From the IMG/VR virus record IMGVR_UViG_3300017912_002071, positions 1 to 42,057 of that record: DNA of 42,057 nt, one strand, 5' to 3'. Below are positions 27,445 through 36,008 of this stretch, piece after piece. This stretch comes from a virus (lineage: Duplodnaviria > Caudoviricetes). Each line of letters starts with the position of its first letter. Position 1 is the stretch's first letter. The position numbers and the translations under genes were made by a program. The notes beneath the pieces were generated by a model. The model did not search any database. It saw nothing but the letters and a program-made list of their open reading frames with translations, and was not told the origin of the DNA.

Positions 27445-28273
27445 AATACTTCTCCGCAATAAATTCTTGGCCCAGTTTATTTGGATGGCCATCGTTAGGT
27501 CCAATAATATGTTTTGATCTATCCCACCCATTATGATGAGAAGTAATCATATTACCACCTACTTCTGGATAATATGGCCAACCCACTACTACGTTCTTAT
27601 CAACTGTATGAAAATTAGCACTTCTTGCAAAAATCTTGGCAATATCAATCCAGTCAAATTGTACCGGTAAGTTGTGATAGTTACGATATACTTTAACATC
27701 ATTAGGATTGATAGGCCACAGAAGGTTACCAACTATAACTTTAATATTCATCGCTTTACAAAATTTAATTATGCGGTTGGTGACATTAATATGATGATCA
27801 AATATCTTAGACATAATCTCTCCATCTCCGAGATTAAATCCATGGGTAATAATGTGCTCAGCTGGTTGAGTGAATGACGTTATCACACCAGTATAAGACT
27901 CAGGCAAGTTTTTATATGAAAATACACCAGGGCCATGATCAACAGTCATTCGAGCTAATATATGAGGACTAATCTGATAATGATTGTATGGAGAGAATCT
28001 AAGAGATTCTGTCATTCCTACAACCACCATCCATGGTTTTGGATTATTCAATACATGATCAACCAGTCTTCCAAATATCCAATCATTACCAACACCTGAT
28101 GATGCAACATTAACAACATCGGTATCGAGTTTCTTTCCTAATATCTCAGGCCATTTGGGATATGAGCAATCATAATCTTCATACATTGTTGATGTGAAAT
28201 GTTTGTTTGTAAAACTACATCCAACTGCAAGGATATATTTCTTATCTTCTAATTTAATTTTTTTAGGAAACAT
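27416..28273 (-). CDS. SGNH/GDSL hydrolase-like protein
   Basis: GCSFT, N.A.SG..ND, DGHPN..GQ. Confidence 0.8.
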   Translation of the reverse strand: MFPKKIKLEDKKYILAVGCSFTNKHFTSTMYEDYDCSYPKWPEILGKKLDTDVVNVASSGVGNDWIFGRLVDHVLNNPKPWMVVVGMTESLRFSPYNHYQISPHILARMTVDHGPGVFSYKNLPESYTGVITSFTQPAEHIITHGFNLGDGEIMSKIFDHHINVTNRIIKFCKAMNIKVIVGNLLWPINPNDVKVYRNYHNLPVQFDWIDIAKIFARSANFHTVDKNVVVGWPYYPEVGGNMITSHHNGWDRSKHIIGPNDGHPNKLGQEFIAEKYYEHYQNMVK

Positions 28274-29129
28274 GATTATAATTCTTTAAATAATGTTGAT
28301 AGTAATGCTCTGCTATTATTTCATGTCCAAGTTTGTTAGGATGGCCATCCTCGAAATCAATAATATAATCAGGACGTCTCCAGGTTAATGGATGATCTCG
28401 GTCTTCATCTTGTACATGATATCCTTGGCCAATCTCAATCATATGTGGCCACCCAAAACACGTCTTAGCATCAACTTGATAAAAAGACTGTGGTCTGGAC
28501 ATCGTCTCTTGTAAGTCAGTATATGAAAATTTATTCTCCATTCCCCACATTTTTGCTGGTTCTTTAAAATGAAATTGGTGTGACACAAGCGGTAAAAGAT
28601 GAGTCATAATTAACTTAACGCCTAGGCGATCACAAATCTTCTGTAATCGAATAACTCTTTTATAGTGATAATCAAATAGTCTTTCCAGAAGATCATCATA
28701 ATAGAAATGCTGATCTTTAGGAGTTTGACAAGACTTCCAAAACCATTCGATCCATGGATACAGATTCTTGTCATGTGATTTATCACCCTGCATATCATTA
28801 AAATATTCATGATGAATCATCATCCAACTTGGTATTGCTTGCAAAGCTTTATTACCATATATCCGAAATCTTGTTATCTCGGTTAATCCAACAACTACTA
28901 ACCATGGTTTGTCTTTTAGAATATGATCAATTGTTTCATTGATAATTGTATCGTTATCGTTCCCCGATCTGGCTAAGTTTGTTACAGGAACACCCAACCG
29001 TTCCCCAAGAATTTCTGGCCACTTGGGAAATGTGATTGGGTTGTACTCTGGTAATTTACTTTGAAAATTGAAATCAGTGAAACTACATCCATGTGCCAAG
29101 ATGTACTTACGATCTTTCTTTTTGAACAT
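28263..29129 (-). CDS. SGNH/GDSL hydrolase-like protein (paralog of its neighbour)
   Basis: GCSFT, NLARSG..ND, DGHPN..GH; shares KYILA.GCSFT, PKWPEILG..L and KPW.VVVG.TE with 27416-28273. Confidence 0.8.
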   Translation of the reverse strand: MFKKKDRKYILAHGCSFTDFNFQSKLPEYNPITFPKWPEILGERLGVPVTNLARSGNDNDTIINETIDHILKDKPWLVVVGLTEITRFRIYGNKALQAIPSWMMIHHEYFNDMQGDKSHDKNLYPWIEWFWKSCQTPKDQHFYYDDLLERLFDYHYKRVIRLQKICDRLGVKLIMTHLLPLVSHQFHFKEPAKMWGMENKFSYTDLQETMSRPQSFYQVDAKTCFGWPHMIEIGQGYHVQDEDRDHPLTWRRPDYIIDFEDGHPNKLGHEIIAEHYYQHYLKNYNHVS

Positions 29130-29130
29130 G

Positions 29131-29391
29131 TTATCCTTTATAGAGTTTTAAGAGGTGTGCCTCAAATTCCTCTACCTTTTGCAATCGATTGGGCCACAAG
29201 ATATAATCCTTTTCAGGATTCTGCTTGAGGTTATTCAGAAGAGGTACAATGGCATTGTATAGACTATTTAGTCTCTCTTCTAATTGCGTTGCGGATTCAG
29301 TTACCTCACTAGCAACAGAGGCAGCCTTTTGGACTGCCTCTAGCTCATCTTCATCAACGGCTGTAAAGCCAAAGTCAAATATTTCTGACAT
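29131..29391 (-). CDS. Conserved T4-like hypothetical protein
   Basis: FDFGFTAVDEDEL...PLL.NL..NPEKDYI.WPNR. Confidence 0.8.
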   Translation of the reverse strand: MSEIFDFGFTAVDEDELEAVQKAASVASEVTESATQLEERLNSLYNAIVPLLNNLKQNPEKDYILWPNRLQKVEEFEAHLLKLYKG

Positions 29392-29407
29392 GTTTATTCC
29401 TTATACT

Positions 29408-29540
29408 AGTGCTCAGCTGGGGGACCTTCCTAGGTGTCCCCCAACCTATCTGTTTGTTTCGAAGTACAGCACCCGGCTAGCTTTCCATTCGGTACCAGCG
29501 ACTCACCGACCATCCAAGAGCTGCAGACTGCGAGGATGGA
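29408..29540 (-). ncRNA. Candidate structured non-coding RNA downstream of tRNA-Pro
   Basis: GC-rich intergenic segment with several stems: CCAUCC/GGAUGG, UCGGU/ACCGA, GCUGGU/GCUAGC, GGUUGGGGGAC/GUCCCCCAGCU, GGUGCU/AGCACU. Confidence 0.55.
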
Positions 29541-29546
29541 TTTTTT

Positions 29547-29623
29547 TGGTCTCGGTAGCTGGATTTGAACCAACGACCTCTAGTACCCAAAACTAGCGCA
29601 CTACCAGGCTGTGCTATACCGAG
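29547..29623 (-). tRNA. tRNA-Pro (anticodon UGG)
   Basis: CTCGGTA/TACCGAG acceptor stem, CTAGT-TTTGGGT-ACTAG anticodon arm, GGTTCAAATCC T arm, encoded CCA. Confidence 0.95.
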
Positions 29624-29627
29624 TTAT

Positions 29628-29705
29628 TGGCGATCTCTGTAGGACTCGAACCTACGACCTAGTGCTTAGAAGGCACTTGCTCTAATCCAGCTGAGCTAAG
29701 AGACC
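29628..29705 (-). tRNA. tRNA-Arg (anticodon UCU)
   Basis: GGTCTCT/AGAGATC acceptor stem, AGTGC-CTTCTAA-GCACT anticodon arm, GGTTCGAGTCC T arm, encoded CCA. Confidence 0.95.
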
Positions 29706-29714
29706 AATTCAATA

Positions 29715-30191
29715 TCAACGATCAGAACGCTGAAAGTTAACCACATAACGATATCCATTTACAGTAAATCGGATAGTAGAATGGCTGTATACTTCTTGTG
29801 TAGCATTCTGATATGTTACTTGATCAAAACACTGACGCTCTTGTTTGTATCCAACAATAGCTTGGCCTGTCTTAGGCTTGCTAGCTTTATCGCCACCAAC
29901 AATAGCACCAAACACTGCACCAGCGTTACGTGAGTTCTTATCTCCACCTAAAGCCTGACCAAGAATACCACCAATGATAGCACCACCGATAGCACCTTCT
30001 ACAGCATTGCCTTTTTGTTGTACCTGTCCGTAGATAGGAACTTGTACATTCTGACATTCTGTAGTTGTTACAGGAATGTTAGTTGTTACAGTTTTAACAT
30101 GATCAAAAACACGCACATCAGTAGCAGCTTCATTAGCTAGTACAGATGTACCCATTAGCGCAATTGCAGTCGCAGTTACTAGAGTCTTCAT
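29715..30191 (-). CDS. Exported glycine-zipper (2TM) protein
   Basis: Signal peptide; GAIGGAIIGGILG...GAVFGAIVG flanked by a Cys pair. Confidence 0.8.
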   Translation of the reverse strand: MKTLVTATAIALMGTSVLANEAATDVRVFDHVKTVTTNIPVTTTECQNVQVPIYGQVQQKGNAVEGAIGGAIIGGILGQALGGDKNSRNAGAVFGAIVGGDKASKPKTGQAIVGYKQERQCFDQVTYQNATQEVYSHSTIRFTVNGYRYVVNFQRSDR

Positions 30192-30430
30192 TTGATTTTC
30201 CCTTCTCTAAAATCTTCTATAAGATAATCTACCATTTCGCAAACAATGTCAACATCTTTTTCACTTAAAGGTGGAAGTTTTCCAGATAATATTCCCACCG
30301 TTACTCTCTCTTCAATCATATCACGATTGCACTTGCCATTAACAAGTGGTCTATGATAATCATTACGAAGGATCTCAAGAACCATCATACCAAGTTCTTT
30401 ATCGTGTGCGGATAGTGTCATTTTCTTCAA
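30188..30430 (-). CDS. Hypothetical protein
   Basis: Tiled ORF; start may be a few codons later. Confidence 0.55.
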   Translation of the reverse strand: MKKMTLSAHDKELGMMVLEILRNDYHRPLVNGKCNRDMIEERVTVGILSGKLPPLSEKDVDIVCEMVDYLIEDFREGKIK

Positions 30431-30527
30431 CCCAAAGTCTAATCGATACTAGATTTTTATCTTCACGCTTGACATAGTACTCAATACCATTGTCAGATAA
30501 TATCTTCTTAACTTTATTTAATGTCAT
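30399..30527 (-). CDS. Small hypothetical protein (42 aa; not in the ORF track)
   Basis: MTLNKVKKILSDNGIEYYVKREDKNLVSIRLWVEENDTIRTR*; TAATG overlap with the upstream stop. Confidence 0.55.
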   Translation of the reverse strand: MTLNKVKKILSDNGIEYYVKREDKNLVSIRLWVEENDTIRTR

Positions 30528-30724
30528 TACAACAATCCATTCATTTCAAATTCGTTAGCCATGTCATCAAACCATGCCATGTAGTTAGGACCTAACTTTT
30601 CCATCCAACCATCTAAGCACAAATCACTATCAACGAAGTTCCAGTTAACTGAACCATCTTCCAAACGATTCTCATCTTTCTTTACCGCAGCTTCGAATGC
30701 TTCTGTGAATTGACCGTCTAACAT
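30527..30724 (-). CDS. Hypothetical phage protein (NWNFVDSD)
   Basis: First gene after an early promoter; AAGGAG RBS. Confidence 0.7.
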   Translation of the reverse strand: MLDGQFTEAFEAAVKKDENRLEDGSVNWNFVDSDLCLDGWMEKLGPNYMAWFDDMANEFEMNGLL

Positions 30725-30751
30725 TTTTGTTCTCCTTCATCTGATATAATT

Positions 30752-30789
30752 AATATAGTATAAAGTGGAACAGAAGTCAACAGTTAATT
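30752..30789 (-). promoter_or_regulatory. Sigma70-type early promoter (copy 3)
   Basis: AATTAACTG-TTGACT-17 nt-TATATT. Confidence 0.8.
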
Positions 30790-31566
30790 TGTATTTATGT
30801 AATTAAATTTAATAATATTTTCTACAACTTCATCGAAGTCTTCTAAACGTAACATATTAGGTCCATCACTTGGTGCATTGTCTGGGTCAGCATGTACTTC
30901 TAAGAAGAAGTTGCAAACACCCATAGCAGAGGCAGCCCTGCTAAGAGCTGGAACATAATCACGATTCCCACCCGAACTGTTACCTTGTCCTCCTGGCTTC
31001 TGGACTGAGTGTGTACAGTCAAATACAAGAGGTACATCATAATTGTCAAGGATATACTGCATGCCAGTAAAATCAACGACCAGATTATTATAACCAAAAC
31101 TTGTTCCTCTCTCGGTAATCCAAACTTCTTTTGCATCTTTTGTTTTGCTGAGAATACCCACAACATCCCAAGGCGCCAAGAACTGACCTTTCTTAATATT
31201 AACTATTTTATCTGTACGACAAGCCTCTTGTATCAGATCTGTCTGACGACACAAGAATGCTGGAATCTGTAGTACATCAAAACAATAATTGAACTGATCT
31301 CTAATTGTTCTTACTTGCTCAACACTATGAACATCTGTTAATGTTTTCAAACCAGGGATCTCTTGCTTAATGTCTATAAAACTATGAGCTGTTGGCCATA
31401 GCCCTAACCCTCGTTTACCACCTGCAGATGTTCTGTTAGCCTTATCATAGCTTGCTTTGAATATATATTCAACACCATACTTATCACACACATCTTTACA
31501 ATGCTTTGCAATCTCCATCGATTGCTCAAGCGATTCATGTTGACATGGTCCAGCAATTATTATCAT
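30784..31566 (-). CDS. kdsA: 3-deoxy-D-manno-octulosonate 8-phosphate (KDO8P) synthase
   Basis: IAGPC..ES, FKASYDKANRTS, TDVH, QIPAFLCRQTDL, NIKKGQFLAP, ERGTSFGYNNLVVD, D.THSVQ.PG, SDGPN. Confidence 0.97.
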   Translation of the reverse strand: MIIIAGPCQHESLEQSMEIAKHCKDVCDKYGVEYIFKASYDKANRTSAGGKRGLGLWPTAHSFIDIKQEIPGLKTLTDVHSVEQVRTIRDQFNYCFDVLQIPAFLCRQTDLIQEACRTDKIVNIKKGQFLAPWDVVGILSKTKDAKEVWITERGTSFGYNNLVVDFTGMQYILDNYDVPLVFDCTHSVQKPGGQGNSSGGNRDYVPALSRAASAMGVCNFFLEVHADPDNAPSDGPNMLRLEDFDEVVENIIKFNYINTN

Positions 31567-31868
31567 TTACCTAAATCTTTCCTCACCGATTCTGTTGCAC
31601 CTTCTATCATACTTGGATATTCTCCAATGAATGTACCAGCTGTTAACATATCTTTAGTTAGTACATTTTTGTGTCTGTGTTGTATTTCGTCCCAGTGTTC
31701 CAATATCTTCTTTGCAATTAGATCAAATGTTCTATCTGATAGTATTGGATCATCTTCTTCATAATAGGCATATGCTGCCATCAAGTACCATGGAACGTAC
31801 ATATTGATAGATTCTTCACACACTTCAGAGCATGCCTTCTCTATCTCAATTATACGACTGTCCATCAT
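31563..31868 (-). CDS. Protein resembling the N-terminal (Ia) domain of NAD-dependent DNA ligase
   Basis: AYAYYEEDDPILSDRTFD matches the YY..D.P..SD.E(Y/F)D motif. Confidence 0.6.
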   Translation of the reverse strand: MMDSRIIEIEKACSEVCEESINMYVPWYLMAAYAYYEEDDPILSDRTFDLIAKKILEHWDEIQHRHKNVLTKDMLTAGTFIGEYPSMIEGATESVRKDLGK

Positions 31869-32220
31869 ACAACTCCCTTAATTGTTTCTCCATTGCATGA
31901 GCTTCAATCTCTTGCCAACGCTCCTCGTAAGGACTTTCAGTGTCCATAACCATGCACTCAAGGAACTGCTTAACGTGCACGAGCTCGTGCAACACAGTTG
32001 TAATCAAATCTGAAAGGGAAAGAGATCTGCTTAGACGAATACTAAATTCGTTATCGTCTTCATACAGTACATCGCCACAAACTCCTTTTTTAGTAGTAGC
32101 ACTAATATTTATATAAACATCTTCTTCGTGGGGAAAAAGTTTGCGAGATCCAAATGCAATAACATCACAGATTAGATCTTCTTTGACTTTTGAGAAATTA
32201 CTTTCGAATTCTACAATCAT
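31846..32220 (-). CDS. Small zincin-like metallopeptidase
   Basis: LHELVHVKQ (HExxH) plus downstream W.EIEA. Confidence 0.75.
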   Translation of the reverse strand: MIVEFESNFSKVKEDLICDVIAFGSRKLFPHEEDVYINISATTKKGVCGDVLYEDDNEFSIRLSRSLSLSDLITTVLHELVHVKQFLECMVMDTESPYEERWQEIEAHAMEKQLRELYDGQSYN

Positions 32221-32240
32221 GTTATCCTCCTGTTACGAAT

Positions 32241-32278
32241 AACATATAGGAAAGTAAATATAAAGTCAACAGTTAATT
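32241..32278 (-). promoter_or_regulatory. Sigma70-type early promoter (copy 4)
   Basis: AATTAACTG-TTGACT-17 nt-TATGTT. Confidence 0.75.
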
Positions 32279-33094
32279 CTTCTCATAAGGGAATTTTCCA
32301 TTCCACTTACTACATCTGGGTTGGCTTGTGCATTCTCTACAATGAGGAATGTATATGTTCTTACCGTCTTTTGTTGTTCTATTACCATCATATTCAAAAC
32401 CATTTGCATCCCATCTGATGCCACCAACTAAATGCATATCTTTGACATGCTTAACTTGTTTGACAATTGATGTAGGTATTTCAGGATGTACATTCTTATG
32501 CCAGAAATCTATTACATTTGGTATTTCTGGATCGTCACCAAAGAAGATAAAGTTCTCACAAGCACCACCATCAATCCATCCATCTTTGATCGCATTTGCT
32601 GGACATGCTTTGACACAATCCCAACAGCCTTCACACTTCTTCCACATCTTATCGTTAACTTTACGTTCTCTGTTTGGTATGTTAATTATTTTTCTGTGTG
32701 ATCCAATCATAGCAATATGACAATCAAAACCAAACTTAAAACTATAGATTAATGAGTTACGAGCCTGAACACCAACAGCAGCTGCTACAGCTGCTACTTT
32801 ATAGTTTGTGTATACTGGAAAAACCCCTTCAATATTATTTGCTAATACTATTTGAGCAAGTTCGTGATAGTGACTATAATCCCAAGCTGCACCATCCTTT
32901 ATGAGAACTATACCTTCAGTTACATCTTGGTGATGTAAACCTCCAACTCGATCTTCACCAAACACATGGTACTTTTCTTTAACAGGAAATTGTGTACACT
33001 TTAACACATCATCTTTAGAGATGTATCCAAGATCCCAACTATCGTCAAACAGTTGCTTAAATTCATTAAAGTCGAGTGGAGAAGTATTCGGCAT
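32273..33094 (-). CDS. QueG/reductive-dehalogenase-like 4Fe-4S protein
   Basis: K.AAV.AAVG...RNSLIY...FG, CEGCWDCVKACPANAI, C, CRECTSQPRC. Confidence 0.65.
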   Translation of the reverse strand: MPNTSPLDFNEFKQLFDDSWDLGYISKDDVLKCTQFPVKEKYHVFGEDRVGGLHHQDVTEGIVLIKDGAAWDYSHYHELAQIVLANNIEGVFPVYTNYKVAAVAAAVGVQARNSLIYSFKFGFDCHIAMIGSHRKIINIPNRERKVNDKMWKKCEGCWDCVKACPANAIKDGWIDGGACENFIFFGDDPEIPNVIDFWHKNVHPEIPTSIVKQVKHVKDMHLVGGIRWDANGFEYDGNRTTKDGKNIYIPHCRECTSQPRCSKWNGKFPYEKN

Positions 33095-34037
33095 CGATAA
33101 TGATATCCGCAGAATGGCAATTTGCTTTAGTTATGAAGCTATGTTCAAAGTCAGTTGTTAGATCCAAGTCGACATTATTATCAATAGTATTGATAAGTTT
33201 ATCTGCTAGAATTTTGTGGTTTTGTTTGGATAGATGATTTCTACGTTTGTCACATCCATACCACGCGTCTTTACCATTCATGATTGAGTCGAAATCATTA
33301 TGTGTTACTAATTCATTATACGACACACGTTTCAGCGATCCTAATACTTTTATATGATTATTGTGTATAATCATGCCTGACTTATCAACATCCCATTCCA
33401 ACTCTTCATTTTTATTGTATTGAAGATCCCATCTTGGAAAGTACTTTGCGTAATTAATATCCGCCTGGCCAGGAACAATTAGATACCTACATCCAATACG
33501 ATCCAACATTTTTTGATAGAGAGCAATTCTTGCATAATAGGTTGTAATAATAGCTTGTATTTTTCTATCATCTGTTGCAATTGTATTGAAGTATTGAATT
33601 GCAGCTTTTACTTGATCTAGAACTTGAGGATGATATTGTGCTGGAACCTGTTCCAACGATTGTTTAACAAATTGTGGATCAGTAAGATTTATGATGTTTC
33701 CAACAGTTGGAACTAGTGGAACCAAATACTCTCTCAACGGATCTGTAGTAACCACTAATACAACATCATCAGGTGTCATTTCTGGTTCTGCGGATAAGAA
33801 TAGTTTCTGAACCCATTCTTCACTTGCACCCATTACAGCTGTCCAAGGACTATCACAAAGTATGTCGGCCTTGTACTTTACTGCTAATATCTCTTTATAG
33901 TCTTGAGGATTGTTTCTATCCCATTGACGAACAGATGGATCGTTCAACATAATATCAGTAGTTAATCCATCACCACGACCCCAAACGTGCATAGGAGTTG
34001 CAGTAAAACTATCACCAAAGACAAAAAGCCTTCTCAT
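33066..34037 (-). CDS. SGNH-like hydrolase
   Basis: LFVFGDSFT, GASEE, NHLS..NH.ILA. Confidence 0.7.
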   Translation of the reverse strand: MRRLFVFGDSFTATPMHVWGRGDGLTTDIMLNDPSVRQWDRNNPQDYKEILAVKYKADILCDSPWTAVMGASEEWVQKLFLSAEPEMTPDDVVLVVTTDPLREYLVPLVPTVGNIINLTDPQFVKQSLEQVPAQYHPQVLDQVKAAIQYFNTIATDDRKIQAIITTYYARIALYQKMLDRIGCRYLIVPGQADINYAKYFPRWDLQYNKNEELEWDVDKSGMIIHNNHIKVLGSLKRVSYNELVTHNDFDSIMNGKDAWYGCDKRRNHLSKQNHKILADKLINTIDNNVDLDLTTDFEHSFITKANCHSADIIIDAEYFSTRL

Positions 34038-34135
34038 TTATTATCCTCTTCGTAAATCCAAGGATCAGCAGCTTTTATCTTTTTTAATTTTCGTCTTTTA
34101 TTGATCCAATACTTTATTCTATACAACAACATCAT
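34034..34135 (-). CDS. Small basic peptide (33 aa) ending DPWIYEEDNK (not in the ORF track)
   Basis: MMLLYRIKYWINKRRKLKKIKAADPWIYEEDNK*; TGATG and ATGA overlaps with both neighbours. Confidence 0.7.
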   Translation of the reverse strand: MMLLYRIKYWINKRRKLKKIKAADPWIYEEDNK

Positions 34136-34740
34136 CATGGCATTTTTCCTGTTCTCACTTCTACATTTTCAGGTAGACTAACCTTTGCCTGGCCATGTTT
34201 ATGATAGACAACAAATTGTGTGTTAGGAAACTCTCGGAACAATCCTTCCCAGATAGGTCTCCAATTGTTAGCAAGACGGTGAGTGTTCATTGCATCTCTA
34301 ACAGCATCTAACACAAAGTCAGTTGTGCTTACAAGATTAAAGTCAAAGATAGAATCAAATCCATACATATGGATCTCATCACATCTTAATTTATTTGCAA
34401 CATAATGAGTACACATATGACCACAATTGAAGTCTGTATAGTTACGAGCATACGGTGGTAGCACTGTATAAAACTCTTTCACTCTCGGAGCATACTTCAT
34501 ATAGAATGCAGGTTGCATTTCTGTATACTTTTTAGGTCGTGCTCCAAGAACCCAATCATATGCATTAAGATTAACACTACCTTCATGAATTGCTTTGCAC
34601 ATTTTAAAGTCAACAATTGCAGTTGCATAGACATCTTTTATATCTGTAGGTGGTAGGTTACATGTCATCTTTATTCCTGGAGAAGGTTTGTAAAATCTCC
34701 AAGCGTCACCATTACCAATAATATGAGCGACTTTACTCAT
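34135..34740 (-). CDS. Sialyltransferase/Maf-like (IIGNG...YGFD) protein
   Basis: HIIGNG, TCN, NCGH, EIHMYGFD pattern of GT29/GT42/Maf-like folds. Confidence 0.55.
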   Translation of the reverse strand: MSKVAHIIGNGDAWRFYKPSPGIKMTCNLPPTDIKDVYATAIVDFKMCKAIHEGSVNLNAYDWVLGARPKKYTEMQPAFYMKYAPRVKEFYTVLPPYARNYTDFNCGHMCTHYVANKLRCDEIHMYGFDSIFDFNLVSTTDFVLDAVRDAMNTHRLANNWRPIWEGLFREFPNTQFVVYHKHGQAKVSLPENVEVRTGKMP

Positions 34741-35377
34741 CCATCAAACTCCGAATGTGTTTATTTCCTTTTGTCCCTGTCCAGTGATTAATCAATATAT
34801 CTTTGGGAGCAGTTCCATCTAAGTGATCCAACCTTAGTGTATTATACTTATGTGGAATCTCATTAATAAAAATTAGTCTTTGAAGATCATCAAGCAATGA
34901 ATGCAAACCTTCTTGATCTCCTCTATGCATAGATGGATTCAATCCAGCAGTCCATTTAGCCAAGATAGAAGGCTTGCTTTCAAATCCAACTACACCACTA
35001 TTATACATTGTAGTGTTAAATCTTTTAGACCATGGTCTATCGACCACCATATTTAATTTTTCTGGAACGACTAAATTGAACATATGATCGATCTCTCCCA
35101 ACACTTCACAATCTAGATCTAACCAGAATGTTCTTTTGAATGGAGAGTTCATCATAGAGATTGGTTTGGCAAACCATCCTTTACCTTTTTGTTCTCTTAG
35201 ATCAGCAAGCGAGTCTGCATGCTTACTTGCGTATGATGCCATCTCATCTGACATACCAAAGTCTACGACTAGTAGATGCGAGCTGTTATACTTTTTAAAG
35301 TTTTTTATGAACCATGGTAACATCCATTCCGTCTTGGAGTCTGACCCAGTCATAAATCCATCACAATCAAGCTTCAA
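34733..35377 (-). CDS. GT-A glycosyltransferase (GT8-like)
   Basis: WLDLD (DxD), NSGVV, GDQE, YN, INHWTG. Confidence 0.8.
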   Translation of the reverse strand: MKLDCDGFMTGSDSKTEWMLPWFIKNFKKYNSSHLLVVDFGMSDEMASYASKHADSLADLREQKGKGWFAKPISMMNSPFKRTFWLDLDCEVLGEIDHMFNLVVPEKLNMVVDRPWSKRFNTTMYNSGVVGFESKPSILAKWTAGLNPSMHRGDQEGLHSLLDDLQRLIFINEIPHKYNTLRLDHLDGTAPKDILINHWTGTKGNKHIRSLMDE

Positions 35378-36008
35378 TGATCTCTACCTTATTATGTTTT
35401 GCTACACAACCAGTTGGGTTTTGAATAGTTGTAAATGTATCATGAGCCTCAACTGGCCAAGGATAGTATTCTTGTAAGAATCCAAATGTTTTCAGATTTA
35501 AATATACATCGGTAGGCTTTGCTTCAAACATTGCTTGATGTACTAACATCTTTGCAGCGGTTGGTTTAATTCTGTATGCATGAGCACCAGGGAAGTATGG
35601 CTTGGATGTAAGTTTATTCACACCTAGCAAAGGAGGTGTTTGATATTTACCATATGATGGTTTACCTAAAGATATAACTCCATTGTAGCTTATATTTGTT
35701 GGAATATTATTTACAACCACTGCATCGTGTTCAAAGATTGTAAATTCTTCTTTTCCTTCTGAACATAATTTCCACAACTTAAAATGTGATAGAAATGCTG
35801 CAATACAATTCTCTGTACGAGAATACACTTCACCCATTTCAGTAACATTAATCTTTTCTTCTTGTATTAATGTTTTGAGATCATCTCGTGGTGTTGTAGC
35901 TTTCCAATGAATGATTGGTAAACCATTCTGCGCACCAGACTTAATACAGCGTTCAGCTGCTCTAATGGACTTTTCATTATCCATAATAGTGATAACATAA
36001 TTTTTCAT
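35367..36008 (-). CDS. Glycosyltransferase family 25-like
   Basis: FLSHFKLW, IFEHDA, AHAYRI.P.AA, D; start moved to MKNYVITI at 36008. Confidence 0.85.
   Translation of the reverse strand: MKNYVITIMDNEKSIRAAERCIKSGAQNGLPIIHWKATTPRDDLKTLIQEEKINVTEMGEVYSRTENCIAAFLSHFKLWKLCSEGKEEFTIFEHDAVVVNNIPTNISYNGVISLGKPSYGKYQTPPLLGVNKLTSKPYFPGAHAYRIKPTAAKMLVHQAMFEAKPTDVYLNLKTFGFLQEYYPWPVEAHDTFTTIQNPTGCVAKHNKVEIIEA

Noticed and set aside
29225-29596. 123 aa + strand ORF
   Set aside because: Antisense to a conserved gene, the structured RNA candidate and tRNA-Pro.
29547-29705. Suppressor tRNAs or stop-codon recoding
   Set aside because: Anticodons are ordinary (Pro UGG, Arg UCU), and genes end normally with all three stop codons.
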